DNA of 49,195 nt, taken from assembly GCA_964589635.1 (NCBI GenBank), contig CAZPRI010000002.1, positions 1 to 49,195 of the forward strand. The letters are read 5' to 3'. Made by a program: the position numbers and the translations under genes. This DNA is from an uncultured Candidatus Saccharibacteria bacterium. Lineage in GTDB: Bacteria; Patescibacteriota; Minisyncoccia; Phycocordibacterales; JAACPR01. Of this stretch, positions 37,151-47,846 are shown piece after piece. Numbering within the stretch: the stretch's first letter is position 1; each line of letters starts with the position of its first letter. The notes under the pieces were generated by a model, which was given only the letters and a program-made list of their open reading frames with translations, had not been told where the DNA came from and did no database searches.

Positions 37151-37339
37151 ATGAAAAATAAGATATATAAAATAATAAGAAAGATTATTGGAATAGTTTT
37201 TATGATGGCTGGAATACTCGGAGCACTCATTCCAATACCGCTTGTCCCATTTTTTCTATTATTTTTTATAGGGCTTGGAATTTATGGTGTTGATAAAGCC
37301 AAAATAGAAGAACTCAAAAGAAGACTACTAAGGAAATAA
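37151..37339 (+). CDS. Small membrane protein
   Basis: 62 aa hydrophobic hairpin GILGALIPIPLVPF. Confidence 0.65.
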   Translation: MKNKIYKIIRKIIGIVFMMAGILGALIPIPLVPFFLLFFIGLGIYGVDKAKIEELKRRLLRK

Positions 37340-37372
37340 AAAAGCCGACACGTTTACGTGTCGGCTTTTTTA
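37337..37372. terminator. Bidirectional terminator
   Basis: TAAAAAAGCCGACACG-TTTA-CGTGTCGGCTTTTTTA. Confidence 0.88.
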
Positions 37373-37383
37373 TTTAACATAAA

Positions 37384-37635
37384 TTACATTTCTGAATCCA
37401 TTGAAGGTACTTCCTCTATCTTTACCTCTTTAGTAACAGAAGTACTTTTAGTATTACAGTCCTTCATCTTAACAATAAGTAGAACTGCTGAAAGTCCAAC
37501 AAGAATATAAACTATTCTTGATAAAATACTATCCATTCCTCCAAGAAACCAACTTCCAAGATCATTTCCAAATAATCCAACTAGAAGCCAGTTCAACCCT
37601 CCTACTAAAACAAGAATATGTGCAATTTTCTTCAT
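37384..37635 (-). CDS. DUF378 family membrane protein
   Basis: LVLVGGLNWLLVG, RIVYILVGLSA. Confidence 0.9.
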   Translation of the reverse strand: MKKIAHILVLVGGLNWLLVGLFGNDLGSWFLGGMDSILSRIVYILVGLSAVLLIVKMKDCNTKSTSVTKEVKIEEVPSMDSEM

Positions 37636-37705
37636 ATTTATTTTAAATTAATACTAACATTATTATTATAACCCTTTTTTTAGAAATAAATCTTGAGTCT
37701 CCACA

Positions 37706-38887
37706 TCAGACAAATCTCATTGTTCTCTTCAGAATCATTTTCATTTCATCAGTACCACATACCAATATTTCTTTTTTTGAATCATGAGAATGTATCATGA
37801 AATAATCTGAATTTACAGAATTATCTGAATTTTTCTCTACATCAAAATAGAATCCCAACCACTGCAATTCCTCCAAAATGAGTTCTCTGATAAAACTTGC
37901 TCTCAAACCAACTGTTCCAGTAAAAACAATCATATCTACACCTTTTGAAACAGAAGCCATTTCTAGAATTGATTTAACTATATTAAAGACATATACCCTT
38001 ACGGCAAACTTAGCATCATTATTTCCTTTGAAACTTTCCTCCCGTAAAATTCTTAAATCACTAGATATACCACTTAGTCCAAGTAGCCCTGATTTTTCAA
38101 ATAAAAATTCTATTTTCTCATTGTCTGATAACATCTTCTCTTCCCTAAATAAATCCATCAAGAGAACTTCGTCCACATTCCCACTTCGAGTTGCCATCAC
38201 AGGACCTTCTAGAGGAGAGAATCCCATAGTATTATCTAAAGATATTCCGTTATTTATAGCTGTAATACTAATACCACCACCAAGATGACAAATAATCATT
38301 TTCTTATTTTCGATAGAAGATTCTTCTTTAATTTTTTCCACTACAGATTCGACAGAGATCCCATGATATCCGAATCTTTTATAATCATATGTATCCTGCA
38401 ACTCTTTTGAAATTCCATAATATTTTGATTCCTCTTTTTTTGTATTATGAAAAGCTGAATCAGAAACTCCAATTTTCTTTTGTTCACTATACATTTTTGA
38501 CACCTTCTTAATTTCTTCAATAACGGGAGAAATATGCAACTCATCAAACTTTTCTACATTTTTAATATTCTCAATAAAATCCTCATCTATAATTCTATCT
38601 TTTTGAAAATATGTTCCAGGAGCAACAATTCGGAAAGCCACAGACACAATGTCATCTGATTGAATATTCATATTTTCAGACAAGTAGTTACTCAAAAATT
38701 CTATTGAATTAGAATAATCCTCTTTACTTACAGAACCTTTCTCAAAACTATTTTCTTTTTTTATTGTAACAATATATCCCCCTTCCTCTTGCTCAAAATG
38801 AAAAAAAGCCAATTCATGTGTTGCATCAAAAATAGAATATTTTTTTGAGGCACTTCCAATATTTACTACTAAGATTTTTGTTCCCAT
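37706..38887 (-). CDS. ackA: Acetate kinase
   Basis: VNIGSASKK, DSAFH, RFGYHGIS, CHLGGG, MGFSPLEG, TRSG, TDE. Confidence 0.92.
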   Translation of the reverse strand: MGTKILVVNIGSASKKYSIFDATHELAFFHFEQEEGGYIVTIKKENSFEKGSVSKEDYSNSIEFLSNYLSENMNIQSDDIVSVAFRIVAPGTYFQKDRIIDEDFIENIKNVEKFDELHISPVIEEIKKVSKMYSEQKKIGVSDSAFHNTKKEESKYYGISKELQDTYDYKRFGYHGISVESVVEKIKEESSIENKKMIICHLGGGISITAINNGISLDNTMGFSPLEGPVMATRSGNVDEVLLMDLFREEKMLSDNEKIEFLFEKSGLLGLSGISSDLRILREESFKGNNDAKFAVRVYVFNIVKSILEMASVSKGVDMIVFTGTVGLRASFIRELILEELQWLGFYFDVEKNSDNSVNSDYFMIHSHDSKKEILVCGTDEMKMILKRTMRFV

Positions 38888-41250
38888 TATTTTTTATTAT
38901 TCCAAACCCAATTCTCTATATCATCAGGGTCAACCCCATATTCTCTTATGTATTTTGAATGATCCTTGAGTTTTGTTTCATATTTTCTAATGATATCTTC
39001 CTTCCTACTTTTTTCAATTTGTCCTTCCTTTGCCAGCATATTCACAGCATCCATCACCAAATGAAAACGATCAGTCATGTTTCTAACCTGCATATCGAAA
39101 GGTGTTGTTGTTGAACCATTTTCAATATAACCATTCACTTTAAATCTTTGACTTGAATCATAATAATCAAAAAGTATCTGCTTCATCGTTTGAGGATATC
39201 CATGAAAATTAAAGATAACTGGCTTGTTTTCTGTGAAATATTCATCAAAATCAACAGTATCCAGCATGCAATCATTCGCACCGATTCCTGTAGAACCGAG
39301 TGTGTTTATATTAACAAACCTAACTCTAAGATTTGGAACTTCCTTTTTTAGAATCTCAACTGCAGCAAGAGCTTCTCGTGTCATATAGTCCCCTACTCCT
39401 GCAAAAACAATATCTGGATTTTCATCGGAAGCAAAATCCCAAATAGCAATTCCCTTTTTAAGATCTTCTTTTGCCTGATCCACTGTCCTCCATCTTGGCT
39501 CCAGTGTTTTACCAGCAGACAAAACATTTATCTCATTTTTAGAACTCAACATTCTCTCTATAACTGCAAGAGCAGTATTCCCATCAGCAGGTAAATACAC
39601 ATTCACAAAACATCCTTGCTTTTGAAGTGCAGCATCAATGAATCCTGGATTTTGATGAGAGAAACCATTATGGTCTTGTCTCCAACCAGAAGAAGTTAGA
39701 ATATAGTTAAATGAAGGAACATCTTTTCTGAACTCAACTACTCGAGCTATCTTCAAGAACTTTGCGTACTGGTCAAACATGGATACAACTACCTGAATAA
39801 ATGCTTCGTATGAAGCAAAGACACAATGTCTACCTGTTAAAACATACCCCTGCGCTAAGCCTTGAAGTGAGTGCTCAGAAAGCATTTCCATAACTCTACC
39901 ATCATATCCTAAATCATCATCCCAGCTCTCATGTGGCCACACAAAGGCTCTAGTGGTTGTCTCAAAAACTTTATCTAATTTATTTGAATATGTTTCATCA
40001 GGAGACATTAATCTAAAGTTCCTTGCGTCTTTATTTAGTTTAAATACATCGTTTAAATATGCGCCAACTCTTCTCATAGAACTTGAACCGACTGTACCTG
40101 GTTTTGTAGCATCTTCAGCATGCTTATGTAAATCAGGAAGTATTAACGGTGTGTAGACTCTTTCACCACCAAAAGCATGTTTATTCATCCCAATTCTCTG
40201 ATCACCTTTTGGTACCAAATCTAGAATATCCTGATCAAATCCTTTATGTTTATCAAAAATTTCTCCAAACTTATAAGACGAGAACCATTCCTGAAGTGCC
40301 TTCCTCTCTGACTCATCTTCTCTGGCATTCTTAATTGCCACTTGGTGAGACCAATGATTCCCTTCTATCTTTTTTCCATCAAACTCCTTAACACCCGTCC
40401 ACCCTTTTGGTGTCCGAAGAACAATCATCGGAAATATTGGCCTAGATCTATCACCTTCAGAAGCCTTCTTTTTGATATCTTTAATCTTTTGAAGCGAATC
40501 ATTCAAAACATCGTACATTTTTTCATGTATTTTGTTTTCGTCATTTTCATCATGTTCTACAATAACAGGATCATACCCATACCCTTTATATAAATGAATC
40601 AATTCTTCATCACTCATTCGACCGAAAAAAGTTGGGCCAGAAATTTTATATCCATTTAAATGCAGAATTGGTAACACTGTTCCGTTTGTAACAGGATCTA
40701 TTAATTTATTTAAATGCCAGGCTGCTGCAGAAGGTCCTGTTTCGTTTTCTCCGTCTCCAACCAAACAGACAGTAATTAAATCTGGATTATCCAAAATTGA
40801 GCCGTATGAGGTAGACAATGAGTACCCTAATTCACCCCCCTCAAGGATTATCCCTGGGGTCTCAGGAGACGAGTGGCTTGGAAAACCATATGGCCAAGAG
40901 AAGTTTTTTGAAATGTATTCAACTCCAGATTCATCGTGTTTTGCTTTAGGGTAAAATTCACCTAAAGTCTTTTCAATAAAAAGGTTTGCTTGAACTGCTG
41001 GGAATCCGTGGCCAGTACCGACAACATACAAAATATTTAAATCAAATTCTTTAATCAACCTATTGAGATGCGCATTTACAAATGATATACCTGGACATGT
41101 TCCCCAGTGTCCGAGCAATCTGGGCTTTATATCCTCAACCCTAATTTCTCTTTCAAGCAAATAATTTCCTTGTAGGTAAATTTGAGTTGCTGTTAAAAAG
41201 TTTACTGCTCTTAGATATTTCTTTATTTTTTCAATTTGTTCTTGTTTCAT
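38887..41250 (-). CDS. xfp: Phosphoketolase (Xfp family)
   Basis: LLGHWGT, EGGELGY, GDGE, LHLNGYKI, SPDET.SN, QDHNGFSHQ.PG. Confidence 0.96.
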   Translation of the reverse strand: MKQEQIEKIKKYLRAVNFLTATQIYLQGNYLLEREIRVEDIKPRLLGHWGTCPGISFVNAHLNRLIKEFDLNILYVVGTGHGFPAVQANLFIEKTLGEFYPKAKHDESGVEYISKNFSWPYGFPSHSSPETPGIILEGGELGYSLSTSYGSILDNPDLITVCLVGDGENETGPSAAAWHLNKLIDPVTNGTVLPILHLNGYKISGPTFFGRMSDEELIHLYKGYGYDPVIVEHDENDENKIHEKMYDVLNDSLQKIKDIKKKASEGDRSRPIFPMIVLRTPKGWTGVKEFDGKKIEGNHWSHQVAIKNAREDESERKALQEWFSSYKFGEIFDKHKGFDQDILDLVPKGDQRIGMNKHAFGGERVYTPLILPDLHKHAEDATKPGTVGSSSMRRVGAYLNDVFKLNKDARNFRLMSPDETYSNKLDKVFETTTRAFVWPHESWDDDLGYDGRVMEMLSEHSLQGLAQGYVLTGRHCVFASYEAFIQVVVSMFDQYAKFLKIARVVEFRKDVPSFNYILTSSGWRQDHNGFSHQNPGFIDAALQKQGCFVNVYLPADGNTALAVIERMLSSKNEINVLSAGKTLEPRWRTVDQAKEDLKKGIAIWDFASDENPDIVFAGVGDYMTREALAAVEILKKEVPNLRVRFVNINTLGSTGIGANDCMLDTVDFDEYFTENKPVIFNFHGYPQTMKQILFDYYDSSQRFKVNGYIENGSTTTPFDMQVRNMTDRFHLVMDAVNMLAKEGQIEKSRKEDIIRKYETKLKDHSKYIREYGVDPDDIENWVWNNKK

Positions 41251-41274
41251 TGAACTAATTATAACCTAAAATAA

Positions 41275-41303
41275 AAATGCGGCGACCGAAGGTCGCCGCA
41301 TTT
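41275..41303 (-). terminator. Intrinsic terminator
   Basis: AAATGCGGCGACC-GAA-GGTCGCCGCATTT. Confidence 0.8.
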
Positions 41304-41327
41304 ATTTAATAAAATGGAGAGGTAGCA

Positions 41328-41450
41328 CTAGAACATTGTCAATTTAAAAGTTGATGGTGCCTTTACATAACTAATTACCTTTTGTAGCACTCTTAATTTT
41401 TTACTTTGCTTCCTTATTCTATTTTTTCTAGTTTGTAGGTCAGTGAACAT
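41328..41450 (-). CDS. Possible 40-aa basic peptide, not in the ORF track
   Basis: MFTDLQTRKNRIRKQSKKLRVLQKVISYVKAPSTFKLTMF, between a consensus promoter and a terminator. Confidence 0.45.
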   Translation of the reverse strand: MFTDLQTRKNRIRKQSKKLRVLQKVISYVKAPSTFKLTMF

Positions 41451-41479
41451 AAATACTGGTGGTTATTTCTAATACTTCT

Positions 41480-41596
41480 ATTTTATAAAATATGTAAACT
41501 GTGTCAAGTTTTACAGAGTTACATATCTGTGGAAAACTTTTTGACAAAACATAATAAAGATATAAAATATAAGTATTAAAGGTAACAAGGGTAACA
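41480..41596. promoter_or_regulatory. Back-to-back sigma70 promoters with candidate operators
   Basis: TTGACA-16-TAAAAT on minus (41480-41507) and on plus (41541-41568); GGTAACA direct repeat at 41581-41596. Confidence 0.7.
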
Positions 41597-42222
41597 TGCA
41601 TAAGATACAGGAAAAACTTCTAAAATTGATAGAGCAAAAAAATATAAGCGGGATGACTCTTCGTGAAATTGGAAAAGAGATAGGTGAAACTATGCCTCAA
41701 AAAATAAAGCACCACCTTGCACAACTAGAAAAGAAGGGTTTCTTATCACTTGATCCAAAAAACAAAGGGATTAGTAAACAAAAAACATCCCGTACTTCTA
41801 CCCTATTATCTATCCCAATAGTTGGTACAGCCAATTGTGGACCTGCTACAATTTTTGCAAACGAGAACATAGAAGGATATTTAAAAATATCAAAAAATAT
41901 CTTAGCTAAATGTAAGAACGTTTTTGCTATTAAGGCTCAAGGATTATCCATGAATAAAGCATCTGTTAATGGTCTAACGATCGAGGATGGAGACTTTTTA
42001 ATAATTGACTCAGAATATAAATCACCAAAAAGTGGAGATGTTGTTCTATCCATTATTGATGACATGGCCAATATAAAAAAATACATTTGGGATGATTCCA
42101 ATAATCAAGTCGTTCTTGTGTCAGAGTCAACTAGAGACATACCTCCAATTTATATCCATGAAGATGACTCTTTTATGATAAACGGCAGAGTAATTCAGGT
42201 GATCAAAAAGCCAAAATTTTAG
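41596..42222 (+). CDS. lexA: LexA-family repressor (HTH plus S24 peptidase)
   Basis: TLREIG...HHLAQLEKKG, IPIVGTANCG cleavage site, GLSM (Ser), NIKK (Lys). Confidence 0.82.
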   Translation: MHKIQEKLLKLIEQKNISGMTLREIGKEIGETMPQKIKHHLAQLEKKGFLSLDPKNKGISKQKTSRTSTLLSIPIVGTANCGPATIFANENIEGYLKISKNILAKCKNVFAIKAQGLSMNKASVNGLTIEDGDFLIIDSEYKSPKSGDVVLSIIDDMANIKKYIWDDSNNQVVLVSESTRDIPPIYIHEDDSFMINGRVIQVIKKPKF

Positions 42223-42259
42223 TATACTTAAAATCTTACTAAATTAAGTAGACAATAAG

Positions 42260-42652
42260 ATGAAAATAATTAATGAATTTAAGGATTTTGCAGTAAAAGG
42301 AAACGCTGTCGACCTAGCAGTCGGAGTAGTTATTGGAGCAGCATTTGGTAAAATAGTGACATCACTAGTTTCAGATATCATTAATCCTTTACTTGGATTA
42401 CTAACAGGTGGAATAGACTTTTCAAATAAATTGATAGTCCTAAAAGCATCAACAGAAACAGCCTCTGCTGTAACACTTAATTGGGGGAATTTTATTAGTG
42501 CGACTATTAATTTTCTAATTATAGCATTCTCAATTTTCATTGTTATAAAGCAAATGAATACTCTTAAGAAAAAGGAAGTTAAAAAAGAAAAACCAAAAGG
42601 GCCAAGTGAAATAGATTTACTGACTGAAATAAGAGATTCACTTAAAAAATAG
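42260..42652 (+). CDS. mscL: Large-conductance mechanosensitive channel
   Basis: [35 protein letters not shown]. Confidence 0.97.
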   Translation: MKIINEFKDFAVKGNAVDLAVGVVIGAAFGKIVTSLVSDIINPLLGLLTGGIDFSNKLIVLKASTETASAVTLNWGNFISATINFLIIAFSIFIVIKQMNTLKKKEVKKEKPKGPSEIDLLTEIRDSLKK

Positions 42653-45298
42653 CTTTCTTAATTCTTCAACAAATACCAGTATAAGACCAGCAACCAGAAC
42701 GTAAGACCAATCACTAAAACTGATTGGTCTTATTTCTAATATGTTCTGAAGAAATGGATTATACATTGCAAACAAGAACATAAATACTGAAACAAAAATT
42801 CCACTTAATAAATACTTATTGTTGAATATTGAAACCTTAAAAATAGATTTGTCACCAGACTTAATATTAAACACATTGTATATTTGTAAAATAGTTAATG
42901 TTGCCAAGACCATTGTATGAGCATAAACAATATCACCATTTACATTATTTAAAAAGAAATAAAGTGACACTGTGGTCATAGTAGCAGCAAGTATAAATAT
43001 TTTTACAAGTGATCTCCTATCTAACAAATATTTTGATGGCTTCCATCTCTTAATAGTGGAGAGTTTTTTGTCCAAGGGTTCAAATGCAAATCCAGCAACA
43101 AGAAAAGAATCAGTGACAAGATTTAACCAAAGAATCTGGACAGCAGTAAGTGCCACAGGGAGCCCTAATATTACAGAGAACATAATTACAAAAAGTTCCG
43201 CAATATTAGTAGATAGTAAATATTCTGCAGTCTTCTTAATATTTGTATAAATATTCCTACCTTCAAGAACACCGGAAACCAAAGAGCCCATATTGTTATC
43301 CAACAGTATAATGTCAGATGCTTCTTTTGCCACATCACTAGCACCAAAACCCATTGATACACCTAAATCAGCCTTAACGAGCGAAAGGACATCATTTACA
43401 CCATCTCCAGTCATCGCGATTGTGTTTCCATTTTTCTTATACAAAGAAATAATTTTTAATTTCTGCTCTGGAGTAACACGCGCAAAAACAGAAGCTTTTT
43501 TTATACTATGAAGTAATTCTACTTCATTCATCTGACTCATCTCCTTCCCTGTTATTGCAATGTCTCCATCCTTAAAAATTCCAACCTTCTTTGCTATACC
43601 AATTGCAGTATCTTTGTGATCACCAGTAATCATAACAGCCTTAATACCAGCATTCTCTATATCTTTAATTGAAGCTTTTGCGGTACTCCTTATGGTGTCA
43701 CTAATTCCTACAAAACCAACAAAAACAAGTCCTAACAAATTATTTGGATCAACCTCACCTTTAGGATTCTTTTGGTAGGCCATACACAACATCCTGTAAC
43801 CCTCTTTTGTGAATTCTCCAATTTCACACATTATTTTCTCTAGCTCCTTTTCACTCAAAACAACTTCCTTACCATTAACCAAAACATGAGTAGAAGAGCC
43901 AATTACCACCTCAGGAGCACCCGACACATATAAAAATCTATCCTCTCCAACTCTATTTATTGTCGAATGATGTTTGTAATGCATATCAAAAGTAATCTCT
44001 CTTTCAATAGGATACTGTTTCAAAAATTCTTCTTTTATAATGCCAAACTTCTCTCCAAAAACAAGAAGTGAGACCTCTGTTGGATCTCCATATGTTGATT
44101 CCCAAATATCAGCCTCCTTATTGTGTGAGAAATCCCCGATAGCAGTAGTAACAGAAATCTTAGTCAGTGTCTGTAAATCTGTCTCATTGTAAATATCTAC
44201 AACCTCATCATTAAAAAACAATTTTCCTTTTGGTTCATATCCATCCCCAGAAATATAGAAAGTTTTTCCTCCAACAAATACCTTCTCAACCTTCATTTGG
44301 TTTTTTGTAATTGTTCCTGTTTTATCAAGAGCTACTATATTTGTCTGACCAAGAGCATCAACAGCCTGAAGTTTCTTTACAAGAACGTTTTTTTTACTCA
44401 TTCTATAAAACCCTGCTGCCAATACGAGAGTGAGTACTACAGGCAAGCTCTCAGGAATTGCAGAAACAAACAAAGCAACAACAATTAGAAAAATTTCCCT
44501 GAAATCCATATTATTACCAAGTCCAAAAATTAACGTAACTAATGAAAAGAAAATAACAAATGCCAGAATAATTTTTGATAAGTTTCTGATTGTCTTTTTG
44601 ATGGGCAAATCTGTCTCTAGCTCACCTATCTGTTTTGCAACTTTTCCAATCTGCGTATTTGAACCAACACTAACAATAATAACCTTCGCTAGACCTGAAA
44701 CTACATGAGTTCCTCTAAAGACCATATTTTTTTGATCCGAAATTTGTAAAGTTCTATCTTCAAGATCAACCATTTCTTTTAAGACTGTGGCAGACTCTCC
44801 TGTCAAAGAGGATTCATTTACTCTCAATGTATTACACTCAAAAATCCTGGCATCTGCCGGAACTTTGTCCCCGTCCTTCAAAAGGACCACATCGCCCACC
44901 ACCAAATTAGAATCCTCTATCTTTACCCTCTCTCCGTCCCTTAATACTAAAGCTTCTGACTTAACAGATTTTTGTAATACCTCAAATACTTTTCTTGCCT
45001 TATCTTCTTGCAAAAATCCTATTATAGAATTTATTAATACAACAGAAATAATAGCCCAAAAATCAATATAATCCCCAAGAAGAAAAACTATTGTGGCTGC
45101 TCCCATTAAAATATAATTAAAAAGATTATTAAACTGAGAAAGGAAGAGAGTTAGGTATGTGGCCTTTTTATTCTGTTTTATTATATTTTCTCCGTACTTA
45201 TTTCTGTTTGAATCTATCATCCCAGAAGAAATACCTTCTGGACCTGAATTAAATTCACTGAAAATTTCCTGTACTTTTTTGAAGGCATATTCATTCAT
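42638..45298 (-). CDS. Cation-transporting P-type ATPase (type IIA-like)
   Basis: [38 protein letters not shown]. Confidence 0.95.
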   Translation of the reverse strand: MNEYAFKKVQEIFSEFNSGPEGISSGMIDSNRNKYGENIIKQNKKATYLTLFLSQFNNLFNYILMGAATIVFLLGDYIDFWAIISVVLINSIIGFLQEDKARKVFEVLQKSVKSEALVLRDGERVKIEDSNLVVGDVVLLKDGDKVPADARIFECNTLRVNESSLTGESATVLKEMVDLEDRTLQISDQKNMVFRGTHVVSGLAKVIIVSVGSNTQIGKVAKQIGELETDLPIKKTIRNLSKIILAFVIFFSLVTLIFGLGNNMDFREIFLIVVALFVSAIPESLPVVLTLVLAAGFYRMSKKNVLVKKLQAVDALGQTNIVALDKTGTITKNQMKVEKVFVGGKTFYISGDGYEPKGKLFFNDEVVDIYNETDLQTLTKISVTTAIGDFSHNKEADIWESTYGDPTEVSLLVFGEKFGIIKEEFLKQYPIEREITFDMHYKHHSTINRVGEDRFLYVSGAPEVVIGSSTHVLVNGKEVVLSEKELEKIMCEIGEFTKEGYRMLCMAYQKNPKGEVDPNNLLGLVFVGFVGISDTIRSTAKASIKDIENAGIKAVMITGDHKDTAIGIAKKVGIFKDGDIAITGKEMSQMNEVELLHSIKKASVFARVTPEQKLKIISLYKKNGNTIAMTGDGVNDVLSLVKADLGVSMGFGASDVAKEASDIILLDNNMGSLVSGVLEGRNIYTNIKKTAEYLLSTNIAELFVIMFSVILGLPVALTAVQILWLNLVTDSFLVAGFAFEPLDKKLSTIKRWKPSKYLLDRRSLVKIFILAATMTTVSLYFFLNNVNGDIVYAHTMVLATLTILQIYNVFNIKSGDKSIFKVSIFNNKYLLSGIFVSVFMFLFAMYNPFLQNILEIRPISFSDWSYVLVAGLILVFVEELRKLFFK

Positions 45299-45417
45299 TT
45301 AGACTTATTCTAACATTTAAAATAAAAAACCCCGCCCTTGGGTGGGGGTATCTACAAACCTTCCACACAACATACCAAAAAATATACTTAAAATCCTTAA
45401 AAAATTTCATAAGAAAT

Positions 45418-46101
45418 TTATATGAAATTTATTTTATTTATAAATTCTCTACCAATATTAATAAAATCTTCGTCAACATTTCCATTTAAATAAAACTGAT
45501 CACCTTCCAAAGGATTACAGAGGTTCAAACTTATCTCATTATCCCCATCAAAACACACAGTTTCTCCATCTTTTACTTCTGAGGATACCCAAACAAAACC
45601 GGCGCTACTCCATTTTTTTGGAAACTCTTTAGGAATAGCCATTATTGCCCAAGTTTCTCCAGCTCTTGTCTTGTATTCCCTAATATCAAAAGTAATCCCA
45701 TTTATATTAGTGAGTTCTGTCTGCTCGAAATATTCAAGCCTATCTGGTCCCTGCAATATCACGCCCTCAGGATAGACAGAAAAATGACTCTGATTAACGA
45801 AATGATCAAAAGGTAATTTATTATCCTTGTTCCTTAAATAAAAATTATATATTTTTCCTATCTCACTCTCATCCTCAAAAAAATCAAAATGCTCTGGATA
45901 TTCCAATTCTAATGAAAAGGACTTATCTTGTATTTCAATCCAATTAATTTCATCAACAGTATTTGGTATTTTTTTTGATTCTAAACCAAGATCTCCTTTT
46001 TGATTCAAAAAGTAAAAACCCACCATAACTAAAATTACAGAGATAACTATAAGCCCTAACATAAATTGGTTTTCTTTTTTTGTGAAAATATCTTTAATCA
46101 T
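45418..46101 (-). CDS. Hypothetical exported protein
   Basis: N-terminal TM helix; LEYPEHF. Confidence 0.65.
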   Translation of the reverse strand: MIKDIFTKKENQFMLGLIVISVILVMVGFYFLNQKGDLGLESKKIPNTVDEINWIEIQDKSFSLELEYPEHFDFFEDESEIGKIYNFYLRNKDNKLPFDHFVNQSHFSVYPEGVILQGPDRLEYFEQTELTNINGITFDIREYKTRAGETWAIMAIPKEFPKKWSSAGFVWVSSEVKDGETVCFDGDNEISLNLCNPLEGDQFYLNGNVDEDFINIGREFINKINFI

Positions 46102-46843
46102 TTTTTTCCATTAGTTCCTGGGGATCTTTTTCTACAATGTCTTTTTGTCTTTCATCCTCCTTTTCCTTCCTAATTTCTTCCTCTATTTTTTTTATAATAT
46201 GAAATCCTGTTTTATAGAAACCTAGCATTGAAAATACAATCATTGAACCCATAATTATTCCAACAAGATTAAACAGGAATATTAATAGAAAATATCTCAT
46301 CAAATCAAACTGGAGGGTCGCAATCCAAATACCAACCATGGATAACGGCGGAACTAAAGCAACAGCAATTGAAATTCCAGGTAATATATTTGTTATACCC
46401 TTTCTAACCCAAGCAAATGTCGCTGCAGTACCAGCAGCAAATGCGACAAGAAAATATAGAAAAGCAGACCGCAAGGAATTATCAAATAATGAACTTCTAT
46501 AAAAGTCTCCATTCTCTGGTACAGAAAAAAGTACTCCTGCGACAAAAGAAATTACAATAATTACCAAGGAAGATTTCAGAATTAATTTACCTGTTCTTCT
46601 TAGAACCTCAGGTTTTGACGCAGCTATACCAAGTGCAACTAGAAGAATAGGATTCAACAGTGGAGTAACTAACATTCCTCCAATTAAAATAGATGAATTA
46701 GCTAACAATATACCTGCAGCAATAATTATTGAAGATAGTACAAGTAAAACATAGTATTCTCTACCCGATTTACTCTCTTCGATTAGTTCATCCACTGCTC
46801 TATATTTATCACTTATAGAAATTGTTTCTTTATTGCTAGTCAT
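46094..46843 (-). CDS. DUF389 family membrane protein
   Basis: IGGMLVTPLLNPI, LPGISIAVALVPPL. Confidence 0.88.
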   Translation of the reverse strand: MTSNKETISISDKYRAVDELIEESKSGREYYVLLVLSSIIIAAGILLANSSILIGGMLVTPLLNPILLVALGIAASKPEVLRRTGKLILKSSLVIIVISFVAGVLFSVPENGDFYRSSLFDNSLRSAFLYFLVAFAAGTAATFAWVRKGITNILPGISIAVALVPPLSMVGIWIATLQFDLMRYFLLIFLFNLVGIIMGSMIVFSMLGFYKTGFHIIKKIEEEIRKEKEDERQKDIVEKDPQELMEKND

Positions 46844-46867
46844 TTATCTATTTTATACTCTTATTTT

Positions 46868-47827
46868 TTAATTGGAAGCTAATCTTTTTTTAAAATCCTC
46901 TATAGTTGGAACATTTTCAGGATCTATATCTTGTTTCTTGGCTAGGGATAGTGCTGCCCAGTCAGCCAAAATAATAGCTGAAAAAACCTGTTCTTCTCTA
47001 GAAACCTTTTCTAGGTGTACATCTAGAAAAGGAACACCTTTCTCTTTATAAATCTCTTTAGTTATTTCCATTCTTCTTTTTACTCTACTATCATCATTTT
47101 CATCTACTAAGAAAATAACAACGAATGTATTATTAAATACATCCTGTCCAAAACCTTGCATCTCATTATGATTTAATTCAGGAAACACATTATAAAAAGA
47201 AGGAACCTTTGCTGTCTCGTTGAAAGTTATTTTCCAGTTGTATGCAATATGTAAATTTCTGTTTGAAGAGTAAATAATTGGAATTTTTCCATTCAATTGA
47301 ATAGCTATCTCTTCTGCAACCTCTTTGAATGATTCGGGATTAATTTTTTCCTCCAAAAGATTAAGGGTTGCAATGGCTTCTTCATCCCCTAGAAATCTTA
47401 ATATTGCCAGTGCAAGATATCCATCGGCCTGACGAGGCTGTATACCTGAATTAGGAATCTTTATGTATGGAACATTATTTAAATCAGCTTTTTCAAGCAG
47501 TTTTCCTCCAGTAGTGATGACACCTAAATGCAAATCTCTTTTATATGCTTCATCAAAAAAACTCAGAGTCTCTTCTGTGTTACCAGAATAAGAACATGCT
47601 ATTAGTAAACCTCTAGCAAGAAAATCCTCTTCATAAGGTGGTAACCCGTAATCTTTATGAACATAAATATCTATTCCTGGTTTAATAGTTTTTATTAAAT
47701 CAGCTGCTAAATGTGATCCTCCCATTCCACATAAAATAATGTGATCAAAATCTTTTAAATATTCTGCATTTTCAATTTCAGCCTCAAAACTGAATTGTTC
47801 ATTAAATTTTATTATTGATTCTTCCAT
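46868..47827 (-). CDS. Bifunctional phosphoglucose/phosphomannose isomerase (SIS family)
   Basis: CGMGGS, SYSGNTEET, QPR, NETAK, FPELNHNE. Confidence 0.92.
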   Translation of the reverse strand: MEESIIKFNEQFSFEAEIENAEYLKDFDHIILCGMGGSHLAADLIKTIKPGIDIYVHKDYGLPPYEEDFLARGLLIACSYSGNTEETLSFFDEAYKRDLHLGVITTGGKLLEKADLNNVPYIKIPNSGIQPRQADGYLALAILRFLGDEEAIATLNLLEEKINPESFKEVAEEIAIQLNGKIPIIYSSNRNLHIAYNWKITFNETAKVPSFYNVFPELNHNEMQGFGQDVFNNTFVVIFLVDENDDSRVKRRMEITKEIYKEKGVPFLDVHLEKVSREEQVFSAIILADWAALSLAKKQDIDPENVPTIEDFKKRLASN

Positions 47828-47846
47828 AATATTAAGATTATAACAT

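Noticed and set aside
1210-45071. Many 60-160 aa ORFs antisense to or inside larger genes (e.g. 25182-25670, 37878-38288, 42244-42540)
   Set aside because: Shadow frames of well-supported genes with no independent motifs
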